Below are positions 15,886 to 26,546 of a stretch of DNA of 32,000 nucleotides, in pieces. The notes under the pieces are model-generated. The model ran no database searches. It was not told the DNA's origin and saw nothing but the letters and a program-made list of their open reading frames with translations. The position numbers and the translations under genes are program-made. Source of the DNA: Trichlorobacter lovleyi SZ (GTDB taxonomy: Bacteria > Desulfobacterota > Desulfuromonadia > Geobacterales > Pseudopelobacteraceae); assembly GCF_000020385.1 (NCBI RefSeq), contig NC_010814.1:3210001-3242000 (forward strand), in the 5' to 3' direction. Position 1 is the first letter of the stretch. Each line of letters begins with the position of its first letter.

Positions 15886-17523
15886 CTACAGCGTCAGGTC
15901 CGCATGCCCCTGACAGAGTTGGTCGCGGGTTCTGGCCACCTCTTCATTTTCAAGATATTCCTCAAAGGTCATCATCCGGTCAATTATGCCACCGGGCGTA
16001 AATTCCACGATCCGGTTGGCCACGGTACTGACAAACTCATGGTCATGGGAGGCGAACAGCACCACCTCGCTGAACGAGATCAGGCCATTGTTCAGTGCCG
16101 TGATTGATTCAAGGTCAAGGTGGTTGGTCGGCTCATCCAGAATCAGCACATTGGCACCGGTCAGCATCATGCGGGAAAGCATGCAGCGTACCCGCTCTCC
16201 CCCGGAAAGGACTTTGGTCTTCTTGGTTGCCTCGTCGCCGGAAAACAGCATCCTCCCCAGAAAACCACGGGCAAAGGTCTCCCCTTCGTTGGGAGGCGAG
16301 TACTGGCCAAGCCATTCAATCAGGTTCAGATCATTGTCAAAGTAGGCCCCGTTCTCCTTGGGGAAATAGGCACTGGTGATGGTCACTCCCCAGCGGAAAC
16401 TGCCGCTGTCCGGCTCCAGCTCACCGGCCAGGATCTGGAACAGGGTTGTCTTGGCCAAGCTGTTGCCACCGACAAAGGCGATCTTGTCCCCCTTGCGCAG
16501 ATTCAGGTTCAGATCCTTGAAAACCTGGACACCATCGACGGTCTTTGACAGGTCGGTCACTTCCAAAATAATATCGCCGCAGGGACGCTCCGGCTTGAAG
16601 ACCACATGGGGATATTTACGGGATGAAACCGGCATTTCCTCAACAGTCAGCTTTTCCAGCAGCTTTTTACGCGAGGTCGCCTGCTTGGCCTTGGATGCGT
16701 TGGAGCTGAAACGCTGGATAAACTCCTTCAGTTCATTGGCCCGGTCGGTTACCTTGCGGTTTTCATCCTGTTTCTGCTTCAGGGTCAACTGGCTGGCCTG
16801 ATACCAGAAATCGTAGTTACCCACATAGACCTGAATCCGGCCGAAGTCGATATCCGCCATATGGGTACAGACCTGATTCAAAAAGTGGCGGTCGTGGGAA
16901 ACCACAATCACGGTGTTGTTGAAGCGGGACAGGAACTCCTCCAGCCAGTTGATGGTCTTCAGATCCAGGTGGTTGGTCGGTTCGTCCAGCAACAGGATAT
17001 CCGGATTACCAAACAGCGCCTGAGCCAGCAGCACCCGCACCTTTTCTCCCCCCTCCAGCTCCTTCATCTGCTTGTGCCGCAGCTCCTCCGGTATGCCGAG
17101 ACCGTTCAGCAGCACGGCAGCCTCAGACTCTGCCTCGTAGCCGTTCAACTCGGCAAACTCGCCTTCCAGTTCGGCTGACTTGATACCGTCCTCTTCGGTA
17201 AAATCCGTCTTGGCGTACATTGCCTCCCGGGCGATCATCACCTCATACAGGCGGCTATGTCCCATGATCACGGTATTGAAAACAGTATGCTCATCAAAGG
17301 CGAACTGGTCCTGCTTCAGAAAGGCGATCCGTTCCCGCGGCCCCACCGAGACCGTACCGGAATCCGCCTCGGACAAACCGGCCAGGATCTTCAAAAAAGT
17401 CGATTTGCCGGCCCCATTGGCACCGATCAGACCATAGCAGTTGCCCGGCACAAACTTGATGTTAACATCCTTGAAGATCACCCGCTTGCCGTAGGCAAGA
17501 CTGATGTTGTTTGCACTGATCAT
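15886..17523 (-). CDS. ybiT: ABC-F family ATPase (YbiT-like translation-associated factor)
   Basis: There are two ABC domains and no transmembrane segments. It is colinear with my recollection of E. coli YbiT (GLIGANGAGKSTF, LLLDEPTNHLD, SHDRHFLN, FSSNASKAKQATSRKK linker, LSGGERVR, ILILDEPTNHLD). The start is set at the second ATG (17523, MISANN...), which sits 7 nt after GAGAG and matches the YbiT N-terminal length. The track start at 17529 is only 1 nt from the SD. Confidence 0.92.
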   Translation of the reverse strand: MISANNISLAYGKRVIFKDVNIKFVPGNCYGLIGANGAGKSTFLKILAGLSEADSGTVSVGPRERIAFLKQDQFAFDEHTVFNTVIMGHSRLYEVMIAREAMYAKTDFTEEDGIKSAELEGEFAELNGYEAESEAAVLLNGLGIPEELRHKQMKELEGGEKVRVLLAQALFGNPDILLLDEPTNHLDLKTINWLEEFLSRFNNTVIVVSHDRHFLNQVCTHMADIDFGRIQVYVGNYDFWYQASQLTLKQKQDENRKVTDRANELKEFIQRFSSNASKAKQATSRKKLLEKLTVEEMPVSSRKYPHVVFKPERPCGDIILEVTDLSKTVDGVQVFKDLNLNLRKGDKIAFVGGNSLAKTTLFQILAGELEPDSGSFRWGVTITSAYFPKENGAYFDNDLNLIEWLGQYSPPNEGETFARGFLGRMLFSGDEATKKTKVLSGGERVRCMLSRMMLTGANVLILDEPTNHLDLESITALNNGLISFSEVVLFASHDHEFVSTVANRIVEFTPGGIIDRMMTFEEYLENEEVARTRDQLCQGHADLTL

Positions 17524-17540
17524 CGTCATTCTCTCTTTCT

Positions 17541-17586
17541 GTACATAAAAACAGAAACCACAGGGGGGACTCCCCTGTGGTTCAGG
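17541..17586 (-). terminator. Intrinsic terminator-like hairpin (conserved leader motif, copy A) between tetR and the ABC-F gene
   Basis: 11-bp stem AACCACAGGGG (17556-17566) / CCCCTGTGGTT (17572-17582) with a 5-nt loop. On the minus strand it is followed by TCTGTTTTTAT. It ends about 27 nt before the ABC-F start region. Confidence 0.75.
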
Positions 17587-17680
17587 TGTTTGACATCTAT
17601 AGCATGTTAGCGTTTATGAGGCAATTCAAAACCTTAGCAGACTGCCGACAGATTCATACGGTCAGGCGATTCTGATCAGA

Positions 17681-18286
17681 TCAGGTCATACAGACCGGAA
17701 AGCAGATACCGCAGGTAAAAATCAGCAGATACTGCTGCACCAGCTGTTCGTCCTGTTCAGGGGAATGACTGATCAGGTTCTCCGTGGCCAGAAGACTCAA
17801 AAAGAAGTAATTGATCATACCGGCCAGGGCCAACGAGGCATTGACGGCATGAATTTCCCGGCGAAACAGCCCCTGCCTGATGCCGTCATCAATCACCTCT
17901 GCCAGCCCCCTGATCACCTTGTTGATTGCCGGCGCCACAATCACCGGAAAAAAACCGGTGGGATTAGTCAGTTCACTGGTGTAAAACCGCAGCAAGTACG
18001 GATGATTACGGTGCCGTTGCAGCGTCCAGCGCAGGTACGCCTCAAGCACCGCCAGCGGTCCTGATCCGGACTGGCGCAGCTCTTCAATCTGGTCAAAACA
18101 GGCAAACTGTTCCTGAAGCACAGCAGCATATAACCCCTCCTTGCCGCCAAAATAGTACGACACCATGGAAATACTGGCCCCGGCAGCCTGCGACAACTCC
18201 CTGACACTGACTCCATGCAGACCATGCTCGGCAAACAGCCGTGTTCCAACCTCCACCAACCTGTTGCGGCAATCCGGCTTCATCAT
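17681..18286 (-). CDS. TetR/AcrR-family transcriptional regulator
   Basis: The N-terminal HTH is LFAEHGLHGVSVRELSQAAGASISMVSYYFGGKEGLY, followed by an all-helical C-terminal domain. SD GGGAG lies 4 nt upstream. Confidence 0.9.
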   Translation of the reverse strand: MMKPDCRNRLVEVGTRLFAEHGLHGVSVRELSQAAGASISMVSYYFGGKEGLYAAVLQEQFACFDQIEELRQSGSGPLAVLEAYLRWTLQRHRNHPYLLRFYTSELTNPTGFFPVIVAPAINKVIRGLAEVIDDGIRQGLFRREIHAVNASLALAGMINYFFLSLLATENLISHSPEQDEQLVQQYLLIFTCGICFPVCMT

Positions 18287-18401
18287 ATCACTCCCGATCC
18301 TTCGCAGATGTTCTCCAAAAGAGTAGCAAAGTCATCACCAGAATCCAATTTTATTGCTTCTGCCGCACAATTAAATCTTGCACCGCAGTTCAACGTGTCG
18401 C

Positions 18402-18471
18402 TATTATATAATTCTAACGAACGTTCGATTTGCAATCTGTAGCATCGTTCGTTGCCCATGTAGACACATGG
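18402..18471. promoter_or_regulatory. Divergent promoter/operator region between tetR and the CoA-transferase gene
   Basis: On the plus strand: TTGCAC (18378-18383), 18 nt, then TATTAT (18402-18407). The perfect 10-bp palindrome CGAACGTTCG is at 18418-18427. AACGAACG (18416-18423) recurs inverted as CGTTCGTT (18446-18453). A second 6-4-6 palindrome, CCATGT-AGAC-ACATGG, is at 18456-18471. Confidence 0.5.
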
Positions 18472-18523
18472 CTACCACAGCGGAACGGGCAGAAAGCCCG
18501 ATTCCAGAGGAGGATGTACACAG

Positions 18524-20086
18524 ATGTTGGAACTACGTAACAGGATCAGAAAAAAGAATCTCCACGGCAGAATCAAACATGTAGAAGATGTCATCCCGCT
18601 CTTTAAAAACGGCATGAATATCGGCTGGTCAGGTTTTACCCCGGCCGGATATCCCAAGATGGTGCCGATTGCCCTGGCAGACCATGTTGAAAAAAACAAC
18701 CTGCAGGGCAAGTTGAAGTTCAACCTGTTTATCGGCGCCTCGGTCGGGGTTGAAACCGAAGACCGCTGGGCCTCCCTTGATATGATCGACCGCCGCTGGC
18801 CTTACCAGACCGGCAAGAATATTCAGGCCGGTATTAACGAAGGCCGCATCCGGATGGGTGACCGCCACCTCTCCATGTTTGCCCAGGACCTGGGCTACGG
18901 GTTCTATACCAAGGATAACAACGGACGGCTTGATATCGCCATTATTGAATGTTCTGCCATTACTGAAAACGGTGGTCTGGTGCTGACCGCCTCCTGCGGT
19001 GCCGTGCCGGAAATCGTCCAGATCGCCGATAAGATCATCATTGAGATCAACACCTCAATCCCCAGCTTTGAAGGTCTGCACGATATCGTTGAACCGGTAA
19101 ATCCTCCCAACCGGCTGCCTTACCTGATCAGCCGGGTTGATGACCGGGCCGGTTCACCCTACGTCCGGATCGACACCGACAAGATCGTGGCGATCGTTGA
19201 GTCAGACCGCCCTGACAATGGCCGGGCCTTCAGCGAGCAGGACGACACCTCCGAGGCGATTGCCAACAACATCATTGAATTCTTCGGCCATGAAGTGAAG
19301 GCGGGGCGCCTGCCCAGGAACCTGTTGCCGCTGCAGTCCGGGGTCGGCTCCATCGCCAACGCCGTGATCGGTGGCCTGGCCAAAGGGCCATTCTCCGGAC
19401 TGAAGGTCTGGACCGAGGTACTGCAGGACACCATGCTGGACCTGTTCGACTCCGGCAAGCTGGACTTCGCCTCCACCGTCTCGCTTTCCTTCTCAGTTGA
19501 TGGTTTCAAGCGTTTCTATGACAACTGGGATCAGTACGCCAACAAGGTGATGATGCGTCCGCTCTCCATCGCCAACCACCCGGAACCGATCCGGCGGCTG
19601 GGCTGCATCGCCATGAACACCCCGGTAGAGTTCGATATCTATGCCCATGCCAACTCCACCCTGGTGGGAGGTACCCGGATGATCAACGGTATCGGCGGTT
19701 CAGGCGACTTCCTGCGTAACGCCTATCTCTCCATCATGCATACGCCGTCGGCCCGTCCCACCAAGACCGACCCGACCGGCATCACCTGCGTGGTGCCCCA
19801 TGTGCCCCACGTTGACCATACCGAGCATGATCTGGATGTACTGGTAACCGAGCAGGGACTGGCCGATCTGCGCGGTCTGGCGCCCAAGGACCGGGCCCAG
19901 GAGATCATCACCAAGTGTGCCCACCCTGATTACAAACCGCTACTGCAGGAATATCTGGACATGGCCACCAAAGACTGCCTGGCACGCAAGGCAGGACATG
20001 AGCCGCAACTGCTGGACCGCGTCTTCAAGATGCAGGTCAATCTGGCCAAGAACGGCACCATGAAGATCAACAACTGGGAAATATAA
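18524..20086 (+). CDS. Acetyl-CoA hydrolase/transferase family protein (AarC/Ach1-type succinyl-CoA:acetate CoA-transferase)
   Basis: 520 aa with family hallmarks [24 protein letters not shown] and [19 protein letters not shown] lies upstream. Confidence 0.9.
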   Translation: MLELRNRIRKKNLHGRIKHVEDVIPLFKNGMNIGWSGFTPAGYPKMVPIALADHVEKNNLQGKLKFNLFIGASVGVETEDRWASLDMIDRRWPYQTGKNIQAGINEGRIRMGDRHLSMFAQDLGYGFYTKDNNGRLDIAIIECSAITENGGLVLTASCGAVPEIVQIADKIIIEINTSIPSFEGLHDIVEPVNPPNRLPYLISRVDDRAGSPYVRIDTDKIVAIVESDRPDNGRAFSEQDDTSEAIANNIIEFFGHEVKAGRLPRNLLPLQSGVGSIANAVIGGLAKGPFSGLKVWTEVLQDTMLDLFDSGKLDFASTVSLSFSVDGFKRFYDNWDQYANKVMMRPLSIANHPEPIRRLGCIAMNTPVEFDIYAHANSTLVGGTRMINGIGGSGDFLRNAYLSIMHTPSARPTKTDPTGITCVVPHVPHVDHTEHDLDVLVTEQGLADLRGLAPKDRAQEIITKCAHPDYKPLLQEYLDMATKDCLARKAGHEPQLLDRVFKMQVNLAKNGTMKINNWEI

Positions 20087-20094
20087 AACAAGAA

Positions 20095-20128
20095 ACCGGC
20101 CCCGTGTTAAACGGGGCCGGTCATTTTG
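20095..20128 (+). terminator. Terminator hairpin after the CoA-transferase gene
   Basis: 10-bp stem ACCGGCCCCG (20095-20104) / CGGGGCCGGT (20112-20121), followed by CATTTTGG. The U-tract is short. Confidence 0.6.
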
Positions 20129-20137
20129 GAGGAAACC

Positions 20138-20353
20138 ATGCGTGATAGCGACACAAACTACTATCTATTCATCGCATTGCAGGCCCTGGAAACGGCCTAT
20201 AGTGAAAACAAGGATCTTGCGGTGGCAACACACCTGTCACAGGCAATGGAAGCCCTGCATCGGGTGACCCACAAAACCGGGAAAATCACGCGGGGTAGCC
20301 ACCAGGCGACTTACGACCCGCACGAGATGGATGAATTTAATTCGGCAGTCTGA
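20138..20353 (+). CDS. Hypothetical 71-aa protein
   Basis: ATG at 20138 lies 5 nt after GGAGG (20128-20132). The sequence starts MRDSDTNYYLFIALQALETAYSENKD... and is predicted helical. I recognise no motif. Confidence 0.5.
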   Translation: MRDSDTNYYLFIALQALETAYSENKDLAVATHLSQAMEALHRVTHKTGKITRGSHQATYDPHEMDEFNSAV

Positions 20354-20361
20354 TAACGTAT

Positions 20362-20395
20362 CTGAGCTGCCCCTACATCAAGGCAGCTCAGTTTC
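20362..20395. terminator. Convergent hairpin overlapping the last gltD codons
   Basis: 10-bp stem CTGAGCTGCC (20362-20371) / GGCAGCTCAG (20382-20391). The gltD stop (20378-20380) lies in the loop. U-tracts are weak on both strands. Confidence 0.4.
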
Positions 20396-21859
20396 ACCCA
20401 TCAGGTAGCGATCACACTCCCGCGCAGCGCCGCGGCCTTCGTTAAAGGCCCAGACTACCAGGCTCTGGCCACGACGGCAGTCGCCGGCAGCAAAGACGCC
20501 GGGGATGCTGGTGGTGTACTGCTCATACTCGGCCTTGATATTACTGCGCCCATCACGTTCAACACCCAGCGCATCCAACAATGGTTGTTCCGGCCCCAGG
20601 AAGCCCATAGCCAGCAGCACCAGCCCTGCCGGACGGACCTGCTCGGTGCCGGGTACCGGGTTCGGCACAAACTGTCCTTTCTCATTCTTGCCCCAACTGA
20701 CCTGTACCGTATGCACCGCAGTCAGGTTACCGCTCGCATCGCCTTCAAATTTGGTGGCGGTGGTCAGGTAGGTGCGGGGGTCGGCACCATACCTGGCAGC
20801 AGCCTCTTCCTGACCATAGTCCACCTTGTGGGTCTTGGGCCATTCCGGCCAGGGGTTGTCAGCAGCACGCTGTTCAGGTGATTGCGGCATGATCTCCAAC
20901 TGGGTAACCGAGTTACAGCCGTGGCGCAGTGAGGTTGCCACACAGTCGGTACCGGTATCGCCGCCGCCGATGATGATCACATCCTTACCCTTGGCTGAGA
21001 TGAAGTCAGTACCTGGATTCAGTACCGCCCTGGTGTTGGCCGCCAGGAAATCCATGGCAAAATGAACCCCGTTCAGCCCACGCCCTTCAATCGGCAGATC
21101 CCGGGGCAGGGTCGCACCGGTGGCCAGTATCACCGCATCGAACTCACTGCGCAGCTTCTCAACCGGATAGTCGCTACCGCCGATGGCGGTATTGCAGACG
21201 AAGTTGATCCCCTCCTGCTCCAGCAACTTGACCCGGCGCAGCACCACCTCACGCTTGTCCAGCTTCATATTGGGAATGCCGTACATCAGCAGGCCGCCCG
21301 GCAGATCAGCACGCTCAAACACCGTAACCGTATGACCGGCCTTGTTCAACTGGGCAGCTGCCGAAAGGCCGGCAGGGCCGGAACCGACCACCGCCACCTT
21401 CTTGCCGGTGCGGATCTTGGGCTGATTAGCCACAATCCAGCCTTCCTGCCAGCCACGCTCAATAATGCTGACTTCGATATTCTTGATCGTTACTGCCGGA
21501 TCGCTCATCCCCAGGGTACAAGAACCTTCGCAGGGTGCCGGACAGACCCGTCCGGTAAACTCGGGGAAGTTGTTGGTGCGGTGCAGACGATCCAGCGCCT
21601 GCTGCCACAGGCCTCGATAAACCAGATCATTCCATTCGGGGATCAGGTTGTTGATCGGGCAGCCGCTGGCCATGCCGGAGAGCAGCGTACCGGTGTGGCA
21701 GAACGGGATGCCGCAGTCCATGCAGCGGGCACCCTGGGTACGCAACGCCTCTTCCGACATATGCAGATGGAACTCATTCCAGTCATTGATCCGCTCAAGC
21801 GGTGCACGGTCTGCCGGAATCTCGCGGCAAAATTCCATAAATCCGGTTGGTTTTCCCAT
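20378..21859 (-). CDS. gltD: Glutamate synthase small (NADPH-dependent) subunit
   Basis: N-terminal [10 protein letters not shown], Fe-S motif [12 protein letters not shown]...CP, and two dinucleotide folds ([14 protein letters not shown] and [12 protein letters not shown]). Confidence 0.95.
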   Translation of the reverse strand: MGKPTGFMEFCREIPADRAPLERINDWNEFHLHMSEEALRTQGARCMDCGIPFCHTGTLLSGMASGCPINNLIPEWNDLVYRGLWQQALDRLHRTNNFPEFTGRVCPAPCEGSCTLGMSDPAVTIKNIEVSIIERGWQEGWIVANQPKIRTGKKVAVVGSGPAGLSAAAQLNKAGHTVTVFERADLPGGLLMYGIPNMKLDKREVVLRRVKLLEQEGINFVCNTAIGGSDYPVEKLRSEFDAVILATGATLPRDLPIEGRGLNGVHFAMDFLAANTRAVLNPGTDFISAKGKDVIIIGGGDTGTDCVATSLRHGCNSVTQLEIMPQSPEQRAADNPWPEWPKTHKVDYGQEEAAARYGADPRTYLTTATKFEGDASGNLTAVHTVQVSWGKNEKGQFVPNPVPGTEQVRPAGLVLLAMGFLGPEQPLLDALGVERDGRSNIKAEYEQYTTSIPGVFAAGDCRRGQSLVVWAFNEGRGAARECDRYLMGETELP

Positions 21860-21910
21860 GGTTGTGTTCCTGTAGTTTGTTAGTCTCTAAAACTTAAAAA
21901 GCGCAAGATG

Positions 21911-24900
21911 CTAGTGTTGCTCATCCCCTGAATTTTCCTCAAACGCGGCAATCAGTGCAGCCTCACCGCTCAACCCGGCAGCTTCCGCACGAGCAATCGC
22001 CTCCAGCATCCGCTTGTAATCCCGCGGCATCACCTTGACGAACTTAGCCTGATAGCTATTCCAGTCAGCCAGCACCGCTGCGGCCTTGGCACTGCCGGTC
22101 CGCTGCTGGTGATTACTGATCATCTCACGCAGGGTTGCCAGATCCTGTTCGCCAAGCTGCTCCAGCTCCACCATCTGCGTATTGCAGCGGCTGCTGAAAT
22201 CACCTTTCTCATCCAGTACGTAGGCAATACCACCACTCATACCGGCAGCAAAGTTACGTCCGGTGGAACCAAGGATGACCGCAATGCCGCCGGTCATGTA
22301 CTCGCAGCCATGATCGCCGACTCCTTCAACCACCGCATTGACACCGGAGTTCCGTACACAGAAACGCTCGCCGGCCATGCCGCGGATGTAGGCGGTGCCG
22401 CTGGTGGCTCCGTAGAAGGCCACGTTGCCGGCAATAATATTCTCTTCAGCAACAAAGGCCGAACCGGCTGGCGGGAAGACCACAATGGTGCCACCGGAAA
22501 GCCCTTTACCCAGATAGTCGTTGGCATCGCCCGACAGCTCCAGAGTCATCCCCTTGGGGATAAAGGCGCCGAAGCTCTGACCGGCTGAACCGTTGAAACG
22601 CAGGGTAACGGTACCTTCAGGCAACCCTTCTGCACCAAAGGTACGGGTAATCTCGTTACCCACGATGGTACCGACAACCCGGTCAATGTTGGTAATCGGC
22701 AGTTCCGCCGTCACCTTCTCACCCTTTTCCAGGGCCGGTTTGCAGATCTCCAGCAGCCTGGAGAGGTCGATACACTTCTCAAGTCCGTGATCCTGAGCCT
22801 CAGTGCAGTAGCTGACTGCGCCGATCCCCATATCAGGGCTGTAGAGGATGTTGCTGAAATCAAGCCCCTGTGCCTTCCAGTGGGCAACCGCCTTCTTCGG
22901 CTCCAGCACGTTGGCACGACCGACCATCTCGTTGAAGCTGCGGAAGCCCAGCTGAGCCATGATTTCACGAACTTCCTGGGCCACAAAACGCATGAAGTTG
23001 ACCACATACTCCGGCTTGCCGCTGAAACGCTTGCGCAGTTCAGGATCCTGGGTAGCCACACCGGCCGGACAGGTATTGCTGTGGCAGACCCGCATCATCA
23101 CGCAGCCCAGGGTCACCAGCGGCGCGGTGGCAAAGCCGAACTCCTCGGCCCCCAGCAGGGCACCGATCACCACGTCACGACCGGTCTTTAACTGGCCGTC
23201 AACCTCAATAATGATCCGGCTGCGCAGGTTGTTCAGCATCAGGGTCTGATGGGTCTCGGCCAGACCAAGCTCCCAGGGCAGACCGGCATGCTTGATACTG
23301 GAGATCGGCGAAGCGCCGGTACCGCCATCATACCCGCTGATCAGCACCACATCGGCGTGGGCCTTGGCCACCCCGGCGGCAATGGTGCCGACCCCTACCT
23401 CGGAAACCAGCTTGACGCTGATCCGGGCGCGACGGTTGGCGTTCTTCAGGTCGTGGATCAGCTCTGCCAGATCCTCGATGGAATAGATATCGTGGTGCGG
23501 CGGCGGTGATACCAGACCAACCCCCGGCGTGGTGTGGCGGGTCTTGGCAACCCACGGGTACACCTTGCTGCCCGGCAACTCTCCGCCTTCACCCGGCTTG
23601 GCCCCCTGGGCCAGCTTGATTTGCAGCTCTCCGGCATTGGTCAGGTACTGGCTGGTCACTCCGAACCGGCCGGAAGCCACCTGCTTGATGTTGCTGTTCT
23701 TGGAGTCGCCCTGCTCGTTGGTCCAGCTGAAACGGGCAGGATCCTCGCCCCCTTCACCGGTGTTGGAACGTCCACCGATCCGGTTCATGGCGATCGCCAG
23801 CGCTTCGTGGGCCTCCTGACTGATGGAGCCGTAGGACATGGCACCGGTCTTGAAGCGCTTCATGATTTCTTCCACCGGCTCAACCTCTTCGATCGGTACC
23901 GGCACCCGCTTCTTGAAATCCAGCAGACCGCGCAGGGTGTAGTGACGCTCACTCTGTTCGTCGATCAGTTGCGAGAAGACCTTGAACTCCTGATAGTCAT
24001 TGGTACGGGTTGCCTTCTGCAGGGCGGTAATGGTGAGCGGATTGAAGAGGTGCTCCTCACCATCCTTGCGCCACTGATACTGGCCGCCCGGATCAAGGGT
24101 CGGATCGTTCGGTACCCGCTTGGGATACGCCTTGGCATGCCGTGCCAGCAGCTCGGTGGCAATCCCCTGCAGATCAGTGCCGCCGATGCGGGACGGGGTC
24201 CAGGTAAAGTACTGGTCGATCACCGACTGGTGCAGTCCCACCGCCTCAAAGATCTGGGCTCCGCGGTAGCTCTGTACCGTAGAGATCCCCATCTTGGCCA
24301 TGGTCTTGACCACCCCTTTGATGGCTGCCTTGATGAAGTTTTTAACCGCTTTTTTGTGATCAATACCAGGCAGCATCCCCTGCTGGATCATGTCATCCAG
24401 CGACTCAAAGGCCAGATAGGGGTTGATGGCATTGGCGCCGTAGCCCAACAGCACCGCAAAGTGATGTACTTCACGGGGTTCACCCGACTCCAGGATCAGC
24501 GAAACGCGGGTACGGGTAGCGTTGCGGATCAGGAAGTGATGCAGACCGGAAACCGCCAGCAGCGCCGGAATAGCGGCAAACTCTTCATTCACGCCACGGT
24601 CGGACAGCACCAGAATGGTACTGCCGGCCTCAATATGACGGATGGCAGCACTGAACAGGCTGTCCAGCGCCTTTTGCATCCCTTCGGCGCCATCGGCTGC
24701 CTTGAACAGCAGAGTCAGCGTAGTGGCCTTGAAACCGGGACGGTCCAGGGCACGCAGCTTTTCAAAATCCTCATTGGAAAGGATCGGCTGCTCCAGCTTG
24801 ATCATCCGGGCGTTCAGGGCGTTTGGCTTGAGCAGGTTTGCCTCGGCACCGATCAGCGTGGTGGTAGAGGTAATGATCTCCTCCCGGATCGGGTCGATCG

Positions 24901-26485
24901 GCGGGTTGGTCACCTGGGCAAACAGTTGTTTGAAATAGTTATAGAGCAGTTGCGAATGCTCTGAAAGCACGGCCAGCGGCGTGTCGGTACCCATGGAGCC
25001 CAGCGGCTGGATGCCGTCACGGGCCATCGGCCCCAGGATCACCCGTTGATCTTCAAAGGTATAGCCAAAGGCCTGCTGACGCTGCAGTACCGTTGCATGA
25101 TCCGGCTCCTGAACCGGAGCCTCAGGAAGTTCTTCAAGCAGCAGGTGATTTTCCTGCAACCATGTGGCATACGGCTTGGCAGCAGCCAGCTCCTGCTTGA
25201 TCTCCTGATCAGGAATAATCCGCTGTTGTTCCATATCAAGCAGGAACATCTTGCCCGGCTGCAGCCGCCCCTTCTTGACCACCTGCTCCGGGGCAACCGG
25301 CAGCACGCCGGCCTCGGAGGCCATGATCACCCGGTCATCGCTGGTAATATAGTAGCGGCAGGGACGCAGGCCGTTACGGTCCAGCACCGCGCCGATGCTG
25401 CGACCGTCAGTGAAGCAGACCGCAGCAGGGCCGTCCCACGGCTCCATCAGACAGGAATGATACTCATAGAAGGCACGCTTCTCATCGTTCATCCCTTCGT
25501 GGCTCTCCCACGGCTCCGGCACCATCATCATCACAGCGTGGGGCAGTGAGTAGCCTGACATCACCAGCAGTTCCAGGCAGTTGTCAAACATGGCCGAGTC
25601 AGAACCATTGGTGTTGATGATCGGCAGCGCCTTCTTGATATCCTCGCCGAACAGTTCGCTGTTGAAGAGCGACTGGCGTGCATGCATCCAGTTGACGTTC
25701 CCCCGCAGGGTATTGATCTCGCCGTTGTGGGCCAGGAAGTGATAGGGGTGAGCCCGCTCCCAGCTGGGGAAGGTATTGGTGGAAAAACGGGAGTGGACCA
25801 GGGCCAGGGCCGACACCATCTCTTCATCACGCAGATCAGGGAAGTACTGATTCACCTGCACCGGCATCAGCATCCCCTTGTAGATAATGGTACGGGTAGA
25901 GATGCTGGAGACATACCAGTGGTTATCCACTTCCGGGTCGCGGATCTCATGGATGGCGCGCTGATTGGCAATGTAGAGCTTACGGTTGAAGGCAGCCTCA
26001 TCAAGGCTCTCGTCAACCGGCTTCAGGAACAGCTGACGCACCAGCGGCTCACCGGCCTTGGCAGTATTACCCAGAGAAGAGTTGTCAGTAGGCACATCAC
26101 GCCAGCCAAGGATATGCAACTGTTCCTCATGCAGAATCCGCTCAAGGATATGACGGGCGCTGTTGCGCTCTGTGGCCTCTGGCGAGGTAAACACCATGGC
26201 AACGCCGTACTTACCCTGTTCAGGCAGTTCTATACTCAACGGCCCGCAGACCTTGCGCAGAAAACTGTCCGGCATCTGCAGCAGGATACCGGCGCCGTCA
26301 CCGGTATTATGCTCGCAACCGACCGCACCGCGGTGGTCCAGATTGGCCAGGATAGTCAACGCCTGCTGCACGATATCATGGGACTTTTTCCCCTTGATAT
26401 TGGCGACAAAACCAACACCACAGGCATCATGCTCAAACTGGGGATCGTACAGTCCCTGCTTTTTGGGTACTCCGATAGTTTTCAT
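21911..26485 (-). CDS. gltB: Glutamate synthase large subunit
   Basis: The start is set at ATG 26485 ([26 protein letters not shown]), giving a short propeptide before the Ntn-amidotransferase Cys. AAGGG lies 8 nt upstream. The central FMN/Fe-S domain and the C-terminal beta-helix domain ([11 protein letters not shown]) are present. The 41 extra N-terminal codons in the track look spurious. Confidence 0.96.
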   Translation of the reverse strand: MKTIGVPKKQGLYDPQFEHDACGVGFVANIKGKKSHDIVQQALTILANLDHRGAVGCEHNTGDGAGILLQMPDSFLRKVCGPLSIELPEQGKYGVAMVFTSPEATERNSARHILERILHEEQLHILGWRDVPTDNSSLGNTAKAGEPLVRQLFLKPVDESLDEAAFNRKLYIANQRAIHEIRDPEVDNHWYVSSISTRTIIYKGMLMPVQVNQYFPDLRDEEMVSALALVHSRFSTNTFPSWERAHPYHFLAHNGEINTLRGNVNWMHARQSLFNSELFGEDIKKALPIINTNGSDSAMFDNCLELLVMSGYSLPHAVMMMVPEPWESHEGMNDEKRAFYEYHSCLMEPWDGPAAVCFTDGRSIGAVLDRNGLRPCRYYITSDDRVIMASEAGVLPVAPEQVVKKGRLQPGKMFLLDMEQQRIIPDQEIKQELAAAKPYATWLQENHLLLEELPEAPVQEPDHATVLQRQQAFGYTFEDQRVILGPMARDGIQPLGSMGTDTPLAVLSEHSQLLYNYFKQLFAQVTNPPIDPIREEIITSTTTLIGAEANLLKPNALNARMIKLEQPILSNEDFEKLRALDRPGFKATTLTLLFKAADGAEGMQKALDSLFSAAIRHIEAGSTILVLSDRGVNEEFAAIPALLAVSGLHHFLIRNATRTRVSLILESGEPREVHHFAVLLGYGANAINPYLAFESLDDMIQQGMLPGIDHKKAVKNFIKAAIKGVVKTMAKMGISTVQSYRGAQIFEAVGLHQSVIDQYFTWTPSRIGGTDLQGIATELLARHAKAYPKRVPNDPTLDPGGQYQWRKDGEEHLFNPLTITALQKATRTNDYQEFKVFSQLIDEQSERHYTLRGLLDFKKRVPVPIEEVEPVEEIMKRFKTGAMSYGSISQEAHEALAIAMNRIGGRSNTGEGGEDPARFSWTNEQGDSKNSNIKQVASGRFGVTSQYLTNAGELQIKLAQGAKPGEGGELPGSKVYPWVAKTRHTTPGVGLVSPPPHHDIYSIEDLAELIHDLKNANRRARISVKLVSEVGVGTIAAGVAKAHADVVLISGYDGGTGASPISSIKHAGLPWELGLAETHQTLMLNNLRSRIIIEVDGQLKTGRDVVIGALLGAEEFGFATAPLVTLGCVMMRVCHSNTCPAGVATQDPELRKRFSGKPEYVVNFMRFVAQEVREIMAQLGFRSFNEMVGRANVLEPKKAVAHWKAQGLDFSNILYSPDMGIGAVSYCTEAQDHGLEKCIDLSRLLEICKPALEKGEKVTAELPITNIDRVVGTIVGNEITRTFGAEGLPEGTVTLRFNGSAGQSFGAFIPKGMTLELSGDANDYLGKGLSGGTIVVFPPAGSAFVAEENIIAGNVAFYGATSGTAYIRGMAGERFCVRNSGVNAVVEGVGDHGCEYMTGGIAVILGSTGRNFAAGMSGGIAYVLDEKGDFSSRCNTQMVELEQLGEQDLATLREMISNHQQRTGSAKAAAVLADWNSYQAKFVKVMPRDYKRMLEAIARAEAAGLSGEAALIAAFEENSGDEQH

Positions 26486-26546
26486 AGTGCAACCCTTGTG
26501 AAGATATAAGTTCGTGCTACCTGCCAGTAAAACGGACTTGTTTAAC

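Noticed and set aside
17590-17618. A perfect TTGACA on the plus strand (17590-17595), with TTTATG 17 nt downstream.
   Set aside because: The -10 is poor. Transcription would run antisense into tetR with no plus-strand gene to serve. It is probably coincidental to the minus-strand promoter region.
21062-21883. A 273-aa plus-strand ORF.
   Set aside because: It is antisense to gltD, has shadow-ORF composition and has no ribosome-binding site.
23534-24964. A 476-aa plus-strand ORF, together with the ORFs at 25046..25549, 25682..26509 and 22109..22588.
   Set aside because: All lie antisense inside gltB, whose translation is unmistakable. The products are low-complexity and rich in G, R, Q, L and H, as expected for shadow frames in high-GC DNA. 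None has an SD.
26512-26527. A second sigma-54-like TGGCAG element (minus strand CTGGCAGGTAGCACGA).
   Set aside because: The GG-to-GC spacing is wrong. The GC falls 4 nt too early, and there is no TTGC at -12.
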